Assembly: GCA_030450535.1 (NCBI GenBank)
Contig: JAKDIK010000001.1
Span: forward strand, 1-35,618
Length of the DNA stretch: 35,618 bases
Direction: 5' to 3'
DNA from: Propionibacteriaceae bacterium
GTDB taxonomy: Bacteria > Actinomycetota > Actinomycetes > Propionibacteriales > Propionibacteriaceae
Shown: piece by piece, positions 18,401-30,165 of the stretch
Layout: each line of letters begins with the position of its first letter
How positions within the stretch are numbered: position 1 is the first letter of the stretch
The notes under the pieces: model-generated
Seen by the model: the letters and a program-made list of their open reading frames with translations, nothing else
Databases searched by the model: none
What the model was told of the DNA's origin: nothing
Made by a program: the position numbers and the translations under genes

Positions 18401-19816
18401 ATGACATCGAGTTCAGACCCCCAACAGATTGCTCCGAAGGCGGAGTTCGTGGTCGTGGCCAACCGGCTCGCGGTGGAGCGGACGACCGCGGACGACGGTT
18501 CCTCGGGATGGCAGACCTCGCCGGGCGGGCTGGTCACCGCACTGGTGCCGATCATGCAGGCCAAGGACGGGGCCTGGGTCGGGTGGCACGGCGCGCCGGA
18601 CGAGGAACTGGAGCCCTTCCACCACGACGGCATCGACATGGTGCCGGTCGCGCTGTCGGAGGCCGAGGTGGCCGAGTACTACGAGGGCATGTCGAACGCC
18701 ACGTTCTGGCCGCTGTACCACGACTCGGTGGCGTTCCCGGAGTTCCATCGCGAGTGGTGGGACGCCTACGTGGCCGTGAACCGGCGGTTCGCCGAGGCCG
18801 CCGCCGAGGTCGCCGAGGCCGGCGGCACGGTGTGGGTGCAGGACTACCAGCTCCAGCTCGTGCCGAAGCTGCTGCGCGAGCTGCGTCCCGACCTGCGCAT
18901 CGGGTTCTTCCTGCACATCCCCTTCCCGCCGTCGGAGCTGTTCCAGCAGCTGCCGTGGCGCCGCGCCGTGCTCGAGGGGGTGGCCGGCGCGGACCTGGTC
19001 GGTTTCCAGGTGCCGGGGGCGGCGACGAACTTTCTGAACCTGCTGCGGCGACGCCTGGGTTGGGAGACGCATCGGCACGAGTTCGTGCGTCCGGACGGGA
19101 GCCGCGGGCGGGCGTCCGCCTACCCCATCTCGATCGACACGGCGGGTTTTGAGGCCCTGGCGAACTCGCCGGAGGTGGAGGCGCGGGCGGCGCAGATCCG
19201 CGAGGACCTGGGGGCCGAGACGATCTTTCTGGGCGTCGACCGGCTCGATTACACCAAGGGGCTGCGGCACCGCATCCGGGCGTTCGGGGAGCTGTTCACC
19301 TCCGGTGAGCTCGATCCCGAGAAGGTCGTGTTCGTGCAGGTCGCGACGCCCTCGCGCGAGCGCGTGGACGAGTACCGCCGGCTCCGCGACGACATCGAAC
19401 TGCTCGTGGGACGCATCAACGGCGACCTGGGGCAGTTCGGTCGTCCGCCGGTGAACTACCTGCACCAGAGCTTCCCGCGCGACGAGATGGCCGCGCTGTA
19501 TCGCGCGTCCGACGTCATGGTCGTGACGCCGCTGCGCGATGGGATGAACCTGGTGGCCAAGGAGTACGTGGCCTGCCGGGGTGGCAACGACGGGGCGCTG
19601 GTCCTGAGCGAGTTCGCCGGGGCGGCGCGCGAGCTGAAGCAGGCGTGGCAGGTGAATCCGTACGACATCGACGGCATGAAGGCGACGATCCTCGAGGCCG
19701 GCCGGGCGTCGGCACGCGAGCAGGGACGCCGCATGCGCGCCCTGCGCAAGCAGGTGAGCACGCACGACATCAACCGGTGGGCGGAGACGTTCCTGGCCGA
19801 CCTCGACGCCGTCTAG
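18401..19816 (+). CDS. otsA: Trehalose-6-phosphate synthase
   Basis: VANRL, SPGGLV, WPLYH, FFLHIPFP, DRLDYTKG, RDGMNLVAKEY; AGGAGGT RBS. Confidence 0.96.
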   Translation: MTSSSDPQQIAPKAEFVVVANRLAVERTTADDGSSGWQTSPGGLVTALVPIMQAKDGAWVGWHGAPDEELEPFHHDGIDMVPVALSEAEVAEYYEGMSNATFWPLYHDSVAFPEFHREWWDAYVAVNRRFAEAAAEVAEAGGTVWVQDYQLQLVPKLLRELRPDLRIGFFLHIPFPPSELFQQLPWRRAVLEGVAGADLVGFQVPGAATNFLNLLRRRLGWETHRHEFVRPDGSRGRASAYPISIDTAGFEALANSPEVEARAAQIREDLGAETIFLGVDRLDYTKGLRHRIRAFGELFTSGELDPEKVVFVQVATPSRERVDEYRRLRDDIELLVGRINGDLGQFGRPPVNYLHQSFPRDEMAALYRASDVMVVTPLRDGMNLVAKEYVACRGGNDGALVLSEFAGAARELKQAWQVNPYDIDGMKATILEAGRASAREQGRRMRALRKQVSTHDINRWAETFLADLDAV

Positions 19817-19825
19817 CGGTCGCGG

Positions 19826-19867
19826 CTCGCCCGGACAGCCTCGCCCGGACAGCCTCGCCCGGACAGC
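19826..19867. repeat. 3 x 14-bp perfect tandem repeat
   Basis: CTCGCCCGGACAGC x3, starting 10 nt after the otsA stop. Confidence 0.93.
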
Positions 19868-19918
19868 TCGGTGGGTGCACGGCGTGGCGGTGGCCGGCCG
19901 CGTGTGGGAACGTGAGTC

Positions 19919-20491
19919 ATGACAGGAACTGACCTTCCCCACGAACTCGTTGAGCAGATCGACTGGCACTGGCGCGGCCAGCTTCGGCCCCGGCTGGAGG
20001 GGCTCACCGATGAGGAGTACTTCTGGGAGCCCGTCGCCGGGGCGTGGAGCGTCCGGCGCCGCACCGAATCCACCGCGGAGATCCAGCCGGGCTCCGGGGA
20101 GTGGACCATCGACTGGGTCTGGCCCGAACCCGCCCCCGCGCCGGTGACGACCATCGCCTGGCGGCTCTCCCACCTCCTCGTCGGGGTGCTCGGGGCGCGG
20201 CTGGCCGGCCACTTCGACGGTGAGCCCCACGACTACAACACCTACGACTACCCCGGCACAGCAGTGGAGGCACTGCAGCGCCTCGACACGCTCTACGCGC
20301 GCTGGCGTGATGGCGTCGCCTCGTGGTCGGACGCCGACCTCGCCGTTCCGGTGGGGGCCGCGGAGCCGCCGCAGTACGCGGCATCGCCCCGTATCACGCT
20401 GGTGCTGCACATCAGCCGCGAACTGATTCACCACGGTGCCGAGATCGCTCTGCTCCGTGACCTGTACGCGCATCGTCCGCTCGCCGGCTGA
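19919..20491 (+). CDS. DinB family protein
   Basis: LEGLTDEEYFWEP, TTIAWRLSH, LHISRELIHHGAEIALLRDLY (His metal ligands). Confidence 0.88.
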   Translation: MTGTDLPHELVEQIDWHWRGQLRPRLEGLTDEEYFWEPVAGAWSVRRRTESTAEIQPGSGEWTIDWVWPEPAPAPVTTIAWRLSHLLVGVLGARLAGHFDGEPHDYNTYDYPGTAVEALQRLDTLYARWRDGVASWSDADLAVPVGAAEPPQYAASPRITLVLHISRELIHHGAEIALLRDLYAHRPLAG

Positions 20492-20832
20492 GAGCGAGGG
20501 CCCGGCGTCGACGAGCGCGAAGGCTCGGCCAGGGGCGGTGTGCGACGTCTGGCGCGACCAGGGTTGGGAGTGTGTTGAGTGCGTTGAGGCGGACGACGCG
20601 CGTGTCGTCCCGAGGGGTGTCACCCGCGGGGGGACGTCGAATGGCGTGAGGAGGGACGGCTCGCTGTCGCCGCGGATGCGGACGGGTCCGTGTTGGTCGG
20701 ATTGTCGGACAGGGACTTCCCCAAATGGCGTCGGTGTGGAATAATGGTCCTGACGGGTGCCCGGCACCCGCTGCAGAACGTGCATGCTCAGGTTCCCCCC
20801 GTGGATCGCTCTGCGAGAGTTGATGGAGACAC

Positions 20833-21834
20833 ATGGGGCGCATCATGGAAGAGAACAGAACACCTACACCGCAATTGTCCGTTGTCATCGCCTGTTTCAA
20901 CGGCGAGGACACCCTGAGGGACCAGCTGGTGGCACTCGCGGATCAACCGAGCGTCGCGCCCTGGGAACTCATCATCGCCGACAACGGCTCGACCGACGGG
21001 TCTGTCGAGCTGGCTCGCTCGTTCGCCTCCCGCCTGCCGCTGCGGATCATCGACGCATCCGCGCGCCGAGGGCCGGCGCACGCCAGAAATGTCGGGGTGG
21101 CCGCGGCTCGGGGTGAGTGGATTGCCTTCTGCGACGCCGACGACGTCGTCGCACCGAACTGGGTCGCCCAGGTGTGCGGCGCACTGCAGCAACACCCCTT
21201 CGTGGCGGGGAAGGTCGATACCGCGCGGCTGAACACGCGCCGGATCCGCCGAGCACGCCACCTCGATCAGGCGTCCGGGTTGCAGCCGGCGAGCGGAAAC
21301 CGCCTCGGCCTTCCCCACGCCGGTGCGGGCAACATGGCTCTGCACAGGTCGGTCTTTGAGTCGGTCGGCGGCTTCGACGAGAAGCTGCGTTGCCTCGAGG
21401 ACACGGACCTCTGCTGGCGGATTCAGCTCGCCGGTGTCCCACTGGTCTACGAGCCGTCCCTCCTCATCCACACGCGGCTGCGGACCACGATCGGGGACAA
21501 CTTCCGGCAGGGCAGGGGATATGGCCGGGGCCAGACGATGCTCGAGGAGCGCTATGGACGCCTCGCGCCGTCCACCCCTGCCGATACACCCAAGGCGCTG
21601 ACGTCCCCGCGTTACGGCGTGCCGAGCCCCTCGGTGGGCCAGCAACTGCAGCAAGGGCTGATCTCCGTGGCCCGCGTGGTCCGCTCCCTCGTCACAGCGA
21701 AGTCGCTTCCCGGTGTGGCCTGGCGACTCGGCTGGCTCGTCGGCAGGCGGGACCACCAACAGGAGAGGGAGCGCGTGCGTCCCCTGCCGCGACGTCATCA
21801 CACGCCCGCCCTCCACGGAGGATCCCCCTCGTGA
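20833..21834 (+). CDS. Glycosyltransferase family 2
   Basis: SVVIACFN, ADNGSTD, ARNVG, FCDADD, GGFDE..EDTDL. Confidence 0.92.
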   Translation: MGRIMEENRTPTPQLSVVIACFNGEDTLRDQLVALADQPSVAPWELIIADNGSTDGSVELARSFASRLPLRIIDASARRGPAHARNVGVAAARGEWIAFCDADDVVAPNWVAQVCGALQQHPFVAGKVDTARLNTRRIRRARHLDQASGLQPASGNRLGLPHAGAGNMALHRSVFESVGGFDEKLRCLEDTDLCWRIQLAGVPLVYEPSLLIHTRLRTTIGDNFRQGRGYGRGQTMLEERYGRLAPSTPADTPKALTSPRYGVPSPSVGQQLQQGLISVARVVRSLVTAKSLPGVAWRLGWLVGRRDHQQERERVRPLPRRHHTPALHGGSPS

Positions 21835-22667
21835 GCCGACCGGTGCTGGTGCGGGGCAGGTACGCGTGCGCCTACGAATCCGGGCCGCGCCCCGTGGACA
21901 CCATCGTGGGTGCGGATGGCCCGCTGTCGCCCATGGCCGGGCTGCTTGCCCGGGCTGTGCGTCCGCTCACCGCGTACTGCTCGGCGGTCACCTCGGAGCG
22001 GGTCGTCGCGCTCACCTATGACGACGGCCCCGATCCAGACCACACCCCCGGCGTGCTCGATGCCCTCCGCGCCGGACAGACCCGGGCCACCTTCTTCGTG
22101 CTGGTTGAGCGCGCCCAGGCGCATCCCGACCTCGTGCAGCGCATCGTCGCAGAAGGGCACGAAGTCGGCCTCCACGGCCGTGATCATCGCCGGATCTCCG
22201 CTGCAGGGCTCGCGGCGTCGATGCGCGAGATCCGGGCGGCCCGCCAGGAGCTGGCCCGCCTGGCCGGGCAACCGGTGCGCTGGTACCGGCCGGCGTATGG
22301 GGCCATCCGGATCGATCAGCAGCTCGCGGTCCGCGCCCTTGGCCTCGATGTGCCGGTGTGGTCCGCGTGGGCGCGGGACTGGGAGGACGAGGAGGTGTCG
22401 GTGCTGGCCGAGCGGGCTGCCGCGGCGCTCCACCCCGGCGGCGTCATGCTGCTGCACGATGCTTCGGCCGGGCTCGCCCCCGACGACAGCGGGCTGACGC
22501 ATCAGCCCACCTTCGACCGCGGCGAGCTGACGCGACGCCTCCTGATCGCCGCTGAGGGGATGGGCTATCGGCTGACCACACTCGGCGGGCTGGCGAAGGG
22601 CTACCCGCAGGGGCGCGTCCCCTGGTTCGAGTCGCGTGCCAAGGCCCGAGCGGGCACCGGGGCCTGA
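21831..22667 (+). CDS. Polysaccharide deacetylase (CE4/NodB)
   Basis: LTYDDGP, ATFF, GLHGRDH, RPAYG, RDW, LLHD; GTGA overlap with GT2 stop. Confidence 0.9.
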   Translation: MSRPVLVRGRYACAYESGPRPVDTIVGADGPLSPMAGLLARAVRPLTAYCSAVTSERVVALTYDDGPDPDHTPGVLDALRAGQTRATFFVLVERAQAHPDLVQRIVAEGHEVGLHGRDHRRISAAGLAASMREIRAARQELARLAGQPVRWYRPAYGAIRIDQQLAVRALGLDVPVWSAWARDWEDEEVSVLAERAAAALHPGGVMLLHDASAGLAPDDSGLTHQPTFDRGELTRRLLIAAEGMGYRLTTLGGLAKGYPQGRVPWFESRAKARAGTGA

Positions 22668-22703
22668 CCGGCCCGCCCCCTGTCGCTCACGATGGAGTCG
22701 GCG

Positions 22704-23480
22704 TCATCGGATGAACCCGCCCTCGGTGTTGAGCACCTGGCCCGTGACCCAGCGGCCCTCGTCGGAGACGAGCCACGCGATGAGTCGAGCGGGGTCGTCC
22801 GGCTCTCCCCAGCGGCCGAACGGGAAGCGGTCGGCGAGGGCGTCCCGCATCTCGGGGGTGACGTAGGAGTCGGTGTCGACCGGCCCGGGATTCACGGCGT
22901 TGACGGTGATGCCCCGCGGCGCCAACTCGTGGGCGAGCGTCTTGGCGATGCCCGCCAACGCGGCCTTGGACGCCGCGTAGGCGATCTCCCCGGGCATGGG
23001 TCCGAGCTCCTGACCCGACGTCAGAAAGATGATCCGGCCGCCAGGGCGTCCGTTGTGCCGGGCGGCGAACTCGCGGGCCAGCAACAACGAAGCGCGGGCG
23101 TTCACGGCCCAGTGCGCGTCGAGCGTCGCCGCGGTTTGGTCGAGCAGCGGCCCGTCGGAGCCCGAACGGGCGTGGTTGCAGACCAGCGCGTCCAAGGGGC
23201 CGAGATCCTGCTGCGCGAAGGCGACGATGCGGGCCGGGGCGTCCGGGTCGACCAGGTCGGCGGGGGTGTCCACGAGCCGGCGGCCGGGCTGCAGCGCCTC
23301 GCGGACGCCGCGGGTCACGGACGCGATGTCGTCGCCCCCCCACGGCGGGGGGGCGTCATGAGGAGCGAAGTGGGTGATGGCGAGGTCGTACCCCGCCTCG
23401 GCGAGACGCCTCGCGATGGCGAATCCGATGCCCCCGCGGCGGGAGACCCCGGTGATCAGGGCGCTGCGTCGGCCGGTCAC
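22704..23480 (-). CDS. SDR family oxidoreductase
   Basis: TGVSRRGGIG, YAASK, VNPGPVDT, TGQVLNTEGG. Confidence 0.92.
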   Translation of the reverse strand: MTGRRSALITGVSRRGGIGFAIARRLAEAGYDLAITHFAPHDAPPPWGGDDIASVTRGVREALQPGRRLVDTPADLVDPDAPARIVAFAQQDLGPLDALVCNHARSGSDGPLLDQTAATLDAHWAVNARASLLLAREFAARHNGRPGGRIIFLTSGQELGPMPGEIAYAASKAALAGIAKTLAHELAPRGITVNAVNPGPVDTDSYVTPEMRDALADRFPFGRWGEPDDPARLIAWLVSDEGRWVTGQVLNTEGGFIR

Positions 23481-23489
23481 GAACGCACC

Positions 23490-23912
23490 TCAGGTGAACC
23501 GGACGAACGCGCGCAGGGCGGCATCGGGCACATCGCGAATCTCCGTGAAGCCCCGCGTCTCGTAGAACGCCCGCTGCCCGGGATCGTCGTCGGTGATGAG
23601 CACCTGCTGGCGGACATCCGCGAAGGGCTTGAGCACCGCGGTGAGCAGTTCGGTGCCGAGCCCTTGGCGCTGGTACTCCGGGTCGACGAGGATGTCCTGG
23701 AGGTAGACGATCGTGAGACCGTCACCCACCAGCCGGGCGAGGCCGACGAGTCGGTCGCCGACGCGGGCGCTCACCACGCGCAGCGATCGTCCGATGGCGT
23801 CGTGAAGTCGGGCAGGATCCTTCGCGTAGACCCCCCAGCCGACGCTCGAATACAGCCGCACCAGATCGTCTTGACTGGGGATCTCATGCGTGGTGAGGGT
23901 GGGTTTCGGCAC
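23490..23912 (-). CDS. GNAT family N-acetyltransferase
   Basis: LYSSVGW, YLQDILVDPEYQRQGLG, FYETRGF; GTG 6 nt after TACTGT (probably leaderless). Confidence 0.88.
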   Translation of the reverse strand: MPKPTLTTHEIPSQDDLVRLYSSVGWGVYAKDPARLHDAIGRSLRVVSARVGDRLVGLARLVGDGLTIVYLQDILVDPEYQRQGLGTELLTAVLKPFADVRQQVLITDDDPGQRAFYETRGFTEIRDVPDAALRAFVRFT

Positions 23913-24048
23913 CGCCACACAGTAAGCCCGCCACCGGGCCGCGGTGCCGCAGGCCCACTGACTGGAAGCCACCGGCAGTTCTCCACGTCCGACGGTTCGG
24001 ATTCCCGGGCCTCCCGGTGCGGGGCCGCGGGTCTGGAATGATGCCGCC

Positions 24049-24759
24049 GTGGATGTTCCCTTGCTGGTGCGGGCCTTCGGCGCACTGTTCGCGATCATGA
24101 ACCCGTTCGTGATCCTGCCCATGTACCTGTCGCTCACCCACGGCCAGTCCGTCAGCCAGCTTCGGCGCACGAGCGTGCGCATCGTCGCGTACAGCCTCGC
24201 CATGGCCGCGGTCATCATGGTGGGCGGCACGGCGATCCTGGTGTTCTTCGGCATCTCGATCGATCACTTCCGGGTCGCCGGCGGCATCGTCTTGGCGATG
24301 ATCGGCCTCAACATGCTCAACGGCGGCAGCAGCGCCCACGAGGGGACGCCCCAGGAGAAGGCACGCATGCGCGCCCGCGCCACACACCCCACCATGGGCG
24401 CGGCCGGTTCCGAGGCCGCGGCGACGCCCCCGCGCGATCCCGCCGCCGAGGCGGACGCCGACGTCTCCTTCTACCCGCTGACCTTCCCGATGATCATGGG
24501 TCCGGGCACGATCACCTCGCTGGTCGTGTTCACGGGCCAGGCGCACGCGGTGGGCGGCTACCTCGCCGTCGTCGGCGCCCTGGGGGCCGTCCTGACCATC
24601 CTGTTCGTCGTGCTCTGGTTCGCCCCGGCCATCGGGTCGCGCATGTCCCACACCCTGCGCGTCATCATGACCCGCCTCATGGGCATGATCATCGCCGCCA
24701 TCGCGGTCGCGATGGTGATCGACGGGTTGTTGGCGCTGCTGCCGGTGCTGCGCGGCTGA
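24049..24759 (+). CDS. MarC family membrane protein
   Basis: LFAIMNP, FRVAGG, PLTFPMIMGPGTI, TRLMG. Confidence 0.9.
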   Translation: MDVPLLVRAFGALFAIMNPFVILPMYLSLTHGQSVSQLRRTSVRIVAYSLAMAAVIMVGGTAILVFFGISIDHFRVAGGIVLAMIGLNMLNGGSSAHEGTPQEKARMRARATHPTMGAAGSEAAATPPRDPAAEADADVSFYPLTFPMIMGPGTITSLVVFTGQAHAVGGYLAVVGALGAVLTILFVVLWFAPAIGSRMSHTLRVIMTRLMGMIIAAIAVAMVIDGLLALLPVLRG

Positions 24760-24848
24760 GCTTCGGACGCTGCGCCCACTCCCGCCCCCGGGCGGGCACC
24801 GCCTCGCGCGCGGTCGCACGGCCAGGGAATACCCGGGGCGCCCCCGTA

Positions 24849-24869
24849 GTTGAGTCTGGTGTACTCAAC
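24849..24869. promoter_or_regulatory. HAIR operator 1 (HspR site)
   Basis: GTTGAGT-N7-ACTCAAC versus consensus CTTGAGT-N7-ACTCAAG. Confidence 0.92.
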
Positions 24870-24875
24870 CTCGTG

Positions 24876-24896
24876 GATGAGTCTGCTAGGCTCAAC
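24876..24896. promoter_or_regulatory. HAIR operator 2 overlapping extended -10 (TGcTAGGCT)
   Basis: GATGAGT-N7-GCTCAAC; TAGGCT at 24887-24892. Confidence 0.8.
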
Positions 24897-24925
24897 CACG
24901 AAGTTCCCACGAACACCGGAGGTAA

Positions 24926-26806
<1,881 letters not shown>

Positions 26807-26820
26807 CGCGAGCCCCCGTT

Positions 26821-26860
26821 GGCCGGGTCGGTCGGGACGCACGTCCCGGCCGGCCCGGCC
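26821..26860 (+). other. Intercistronic GC-rich stem-loop after dnaK
   Basis: 19-nt arms fully pairable on the + strand RNA with two G-U wobbles; no U-tract. Confidence 0.7.
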
Positions 26861-26957
26861 GGCGGGAGGCGCCCGCCGCACCATACATCCCCGGCCGGTC
26901 GGGGCGTCCGCCTAGGCTGAGGGCGACACCCCCGGCCTGGCCCGAGCGAGGAGAGAC

Positions 26958-27581
26958 GTGAGCGACAACCACGACGAGTTTGTGAACCCCGTCCCGGGGG
27001 AGCCCGGCGACCAGACGCGGGACTCCCAGTTCGATGTGCCCGATGACGCGTCCGGCCTGGACGCCGATGCGGCGGCCGACGTGCCCGAGGAGGGCTCCGC
27101 GGCCGAGCGTGCGGCGTCCGGCTCGAGCGCCGGGCCGAGCGCCGAGGATGAGCCCAGTGACTGGGAGAAGCTGGCGCAGGAGCGCACGCTCGACCTGCAG
27201 CGGCTGCACGCCGAGTACGTGAACTACAAACGGCGCGTCGACCGCGACCGTCACGTGGCGCGCGACAAGGGCATCCAGACGGTCGTCAACGACCTGCTGC
27301 CGGTTCTCGACTCGATCACCGCCGCCCGGGAGCACGGCGATCTGGCCGGCGCGTTCAAGATGGTCGCCGACGAGCTCGAGAAGGTGACGACCAAGCACGG
27401 CCTGGTCACCTTCGGCGAGGTCGGCGATCCGTTCGACCCGAACCTGCACGAGGCCCTCATGCACGTGCCGTACGAGGGTGAGCACGACGTGACCGTCGTG
27501 TCAGCCGTCATGCAGCGCGGCGCAAAGCTGGGCGACCACGTCATTCGTCCCGCCCGCGTCGGCGTGGCGGACCCGTCCTGA
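26958..27581 (+). CDS. grpE: Nucleotide exchange factor GrpE
   Basis: [36 protein letters not shown]. Confidence 0.97.
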   Translation: MSDNHDEFVNPVPGEPGDQTRDSQFDVPDDASGLDADAAADVPEEGSAAERAASGSSAGPSAEDEPSDWEKLAQERTLDLQRLHAEYVNYKRRVDRDRHVARDKGIQTVVNDLLPVLDSITAAREHGDLAGAFKMVADELEKVTTKHGLVTFGEVGDPFDPNLHEALMHVPYEGEHDVTVVSAVMQRGAKLGDHVIRPARVGVADPS

Positions 27582-27600
27582 CCCAGAGAAAGGAGGCGCC

Positions 27601-28779
27601 ATGAGCACCAAGGATTGGCTCGAGAAGGACTACTACAAGATCCTCGGCGTCTCCAAGGACGCCAAGCCCGAGGAGATCAAGAAGGCATTCCGGAAGCTCG
27701 CCCGCGAGAACCACCCGGACGCCAATCCCGGCAACGCCAACGCCGAGCGGAAATTCAAGGAGATCTCCGAGGCGAACTCGGTGCTGTCGGATGCGAAGAA
27801 GCGCAAGGAGTACGACGAGCAGCGCAGCCTGTTCGGCGGTGGCGGGTTCCGCTTCCCGGGCGCGGGCGGCGGCCGCCCGGGCGGCTTCGGCGGCGCGGGC
27901 ACCAGCGGCGTCAACATGGAGGACCTGTTCCGCAACGCGTCCGGCGGGGACACCAACATCTCCGACCTGTTCGGCAACCTCTTCGGAGGCACGACCACGC
28001 GCCGCAGCGGCGGCGTCCGCAACCCGCGGCGCGGAATCGACATCGAGGGCGAGGTGTCGATCGATTTCAACCAGGCGGTCGAGGGCACCACGGTGCAGAT
28101 GCAGACCGTCTCGGACGCCCCCTGCGCGGCCTGCCGGGGCACTGGCGCCAAGTCGGGGACGATGCCGAAGGTGTGCCAGACCTGTCAGGGCTCTGGCATG
28201 AAGGCGGCCCAGTCCGCCGGCGGGTTCAGCATCGCCGAGCCGTGCCCCGACTGCCGCGGCCGCGGGCTGGTGGTCGAGGACCCGTGCCCCGAATGCGGCG
28301 GCTCCGGCCGGGGGCGCTCGACCAACACCATGCAGGTCCGCATCCCGGCCGGCGTCAACGACGGCCAGCGGATCCGCATCAAGGGCAAGGGCGGCGCCGG
28401 CGAGAACGGCGGTGCGCCCGGTGACCTGTACGTGCTCGTGAACGTCCGTGCGCACCCCGTGTTCGGTCGCAAGGGCGACAACCTCACCCTGGAGGTCCCC
28501 GTGACCTTCACCGAGGCCGCCCTCGGTGCGCAGATCGAGGTGCCCACGCTCAACGGGCCGCGGGTGCGGCTGCGCGTGCCGGCCGGGACGCCCAACGGCC
28601 GGACCTTCCGGGTGCGCGGCAAGGGCATCCGCAAGTCCGACGGCCAGCACGGCGACCTGCTCGTCACCGTCGCCGTCCAGGTGCCCACGCACCTGAGCTC
28701 CCAGGCGTCGGATGCACTCAAGGCCTACGCGGACGCCGCGGGCGCGGGTGACCCGCGCGCCGGACTGTTCACCGGTTGA
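27601..28779 (+). CDS. dnaJ: Chaperone DnaJ
   Basis: [14 protein letters not shown] region, four CxxCxGxG motifs. Confidence 0.98.
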   Translation: MSTKDWLEKDYYKILGVSKDAKPEEIKKAFRKLARENHPDANPGNANAERKFKEISEANSVLSDAKKRKEYDEQRSLFGGGGFRFPGAGGGRPGGFGGAGTSGVNMEDLFRNASGGDTNISDLFGNLFGGTTTRRSGGVRNPRRGIDIEGEVSIDFNQAVEGTTVQMQTVSDAPCAACRGTGAKSGTMPKVCQTCQGSGMKAAQSAGGFSIAEPCPDCRGRGLVVEDPCPECGGSGRGRSTNTMQVRIPAGVNDGQRIRIKGKGGAGENGGAPGDLYVLVNVRAHPVFGRKGDNLTLEVPVTFTEAALGAQIEVPTLNGPRVRLRVPAGTPNGRTFRVRGKGIRKSDGQHGDLLVTVAVQVPTHLSSQASDALKAYADAAGAGDPRAGLFTG

Positions 28780-28789
28780 GGGGTGAGTC

Positions 28790-29212
28790 ATGAGTGAGCA
28801 CCTGCCCGCGCGGATGGACGTGGATGCCCCGGTGTTCACCGTCACCATCGCGGCGCGGCTGGCCGACATGCACCCCCAGACGCTGCGGGGCTACGACCGG
28901 CTGGGGCTGGTCGTGCCGCGCCGGTCCCGGGGACGCGGGCGCCGCTATTCCCTGCGCGACATCGCAGAGCTTCGGCACATCCAGCACCTCTCCCAGGTCG
29001 AGGGCATCAACCTGGAGGGCGTCCGGCGGATCCTCGAGCTGGAGGCCCGCCTCGAGGAGTCCCAGGCCCAGGTGACCCAGCTGCTCGACCTGCTCGCGCA
29101 GCGGGAGCAGACCCCGGCGTCCCGGCTGTTCACCGCCGGCTCCGGCGGCCAGGTGCATCTGGGCCGCAGTTATCGTGCCCGGACGCCGCGGGCGCTCACG
29201 TCCGGGCGCTGA
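28790..29212 (+). CDS. hspR: MerR-family heat-shock repressor HspR
   Basis: AARLADMHPQTLRGYDRLGLV, RRYS, EGINLEG; last gene of the dnaK operon. Confidence 0.95.
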   Translation: MSEHLPARMDVDAPVFTVTIAARLADMHPQTLRGYDRLGLVVPRRSRGRGRRYSLRDIAELRHIQHLSQVEGINLEGVRRILELEARLEESQAQVTQLLDLLAQREQTPASRLFTAGSGGQVHLGRSYRARTPRALTSGR

Positions 29213-29257
29213 CGTTTCGGGCGTTGACGTTTGGGGCGCTGATCTTCCGGGCGCTGA
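29190..29257. repeat. About 5 x 14-15 bp degenerate tandem repeat spanning the hspR stop
   Basis: GGGCGCTCACGTCC / GGGCGCTGACGTTTC / GGGCGTTGACGTTTG / GGGCGCTGATCTTCC / GGGCGCTGA. Confidence 0.85.
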
Positions 29258-29275
29258 GCCATGCCCGCTGGCCCG

Positions 29276-30040
29276 TCACTCAGGGGCGAGGTGGCGCAGC
29301 ATCCGTTGTGGCTCGGCGAGGAACGTCTTCAGGTTGATCACGATGTCGAGGTCCTCCCACGGCACCTCGCGGACGCCGGCGTCCGACAACTCCAGGATCG
29401 TCGCCCCGGGCAACGCCGCCAGGACGGGGGAGTGGGTGGCCATGAGCAGTTGGGTGCCGGGGGCGTCCAGCACCTGCAGCAGCAGCGCGAGCACCTTGAG
29501 GCTGGAGCCGAACGACAGCGCCGACTCCGGCTCGTCGAGCACGTACAACCCCGGGTACGCGACGCCGCGGGGGTCGAAGAAGCGGTCGCCGATGAGATCC
29601 AGGAAGGACTCGCCGTGGCTCTGGTCGTGGAACGAGCCCATGCCCGATTCCTCGAGGTAGGTGAAGAAGGCGTGCATGGTCTCGGCGCGCAGGAAGTAGC
29701 CGCCGCGTCCGCCCCCGGCGCCGCGTTCGAGTTGCAACGCGGACGCGAGCGGTGACTCGGTGCGCCGCGTCCGATGCATCGCGCCGGTCGAACCACCCTC
29801 GGGATTGAGACCGAACGCCTCCGCCACCGCCTCGACGACGGTGGACTTGCCGGCCCCGTTCTCGCCGACGAGGATCGTCGCCCTGGCGAGATCGAAGCCG
29901 TCGTCAAGCAGCGCCGAGACGGCGGGGATCGTGGCGGGCCAGGCATCGCGGTCCAGGGCGGCTCCGGCGCGCGTCGCCACCCGGCGCACCGGTAGCCCCA
30001 GCCCCGCTATGGTCGGCCCCGCACTGGTCTGCCTCGCCAT
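29276..30040 (-). CDS. Stand-alone ABC-type ATPase (COG3910-like predicted ATPase)
   Basis: GENGAGKST, FLRAET, SHGES, LDEPE, ATHSP; TAGGCT 6 nt before ATG. Confidence 0.88.
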   Translation of the reverse strand: MARQTSAGPTIAGLGLPVRRVATRAGAALDRDAWPATIPAVSALLDDGFDLARATILVGENGAGKSTVVEAVAEAFGLNPEGGSTGAMHRTRRTESPLASALQLERGAGGGRGGYFLRAETMHAFFTYLEESGMGSFHDQSHGESFLDLIGDRFFDPRGVAYPGLYVLDEPESALSFGSSLKVLALLLQVLDAPGTQLLMATHSPVLAALPGATILELSDAGVREVPWEDLDIVINLKTFLAEPQRMLRHLAPE

Positions 30041-30165
30041 GGAGCCAGCCTAGGGCCCACCTCGGGGATGAGATCCGTCGAAGTGGGCCCCGGCGTCCGA
30101 CTCCCCTTGAGTTAGTGTGATTGAATCGTTTGCGTACCCCATTTCCGAGTGTGACGGAGACCCCC

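Noticed and set aside
18413..20785. 790-aa minus-strand ORF and the many other long overlapping ORFs
   Set aside because: Antisense or alternate-frame shadows of recognisable genes; Arg/Pro/Gly-rich, with no domains.
29276..30040. ATPase as part of an anti-phage system (AbiEii/Gabija/Septu-like)
   Set aside because: No partner nuclease gene; matches the common stand-alone SHGES-type ATPase.
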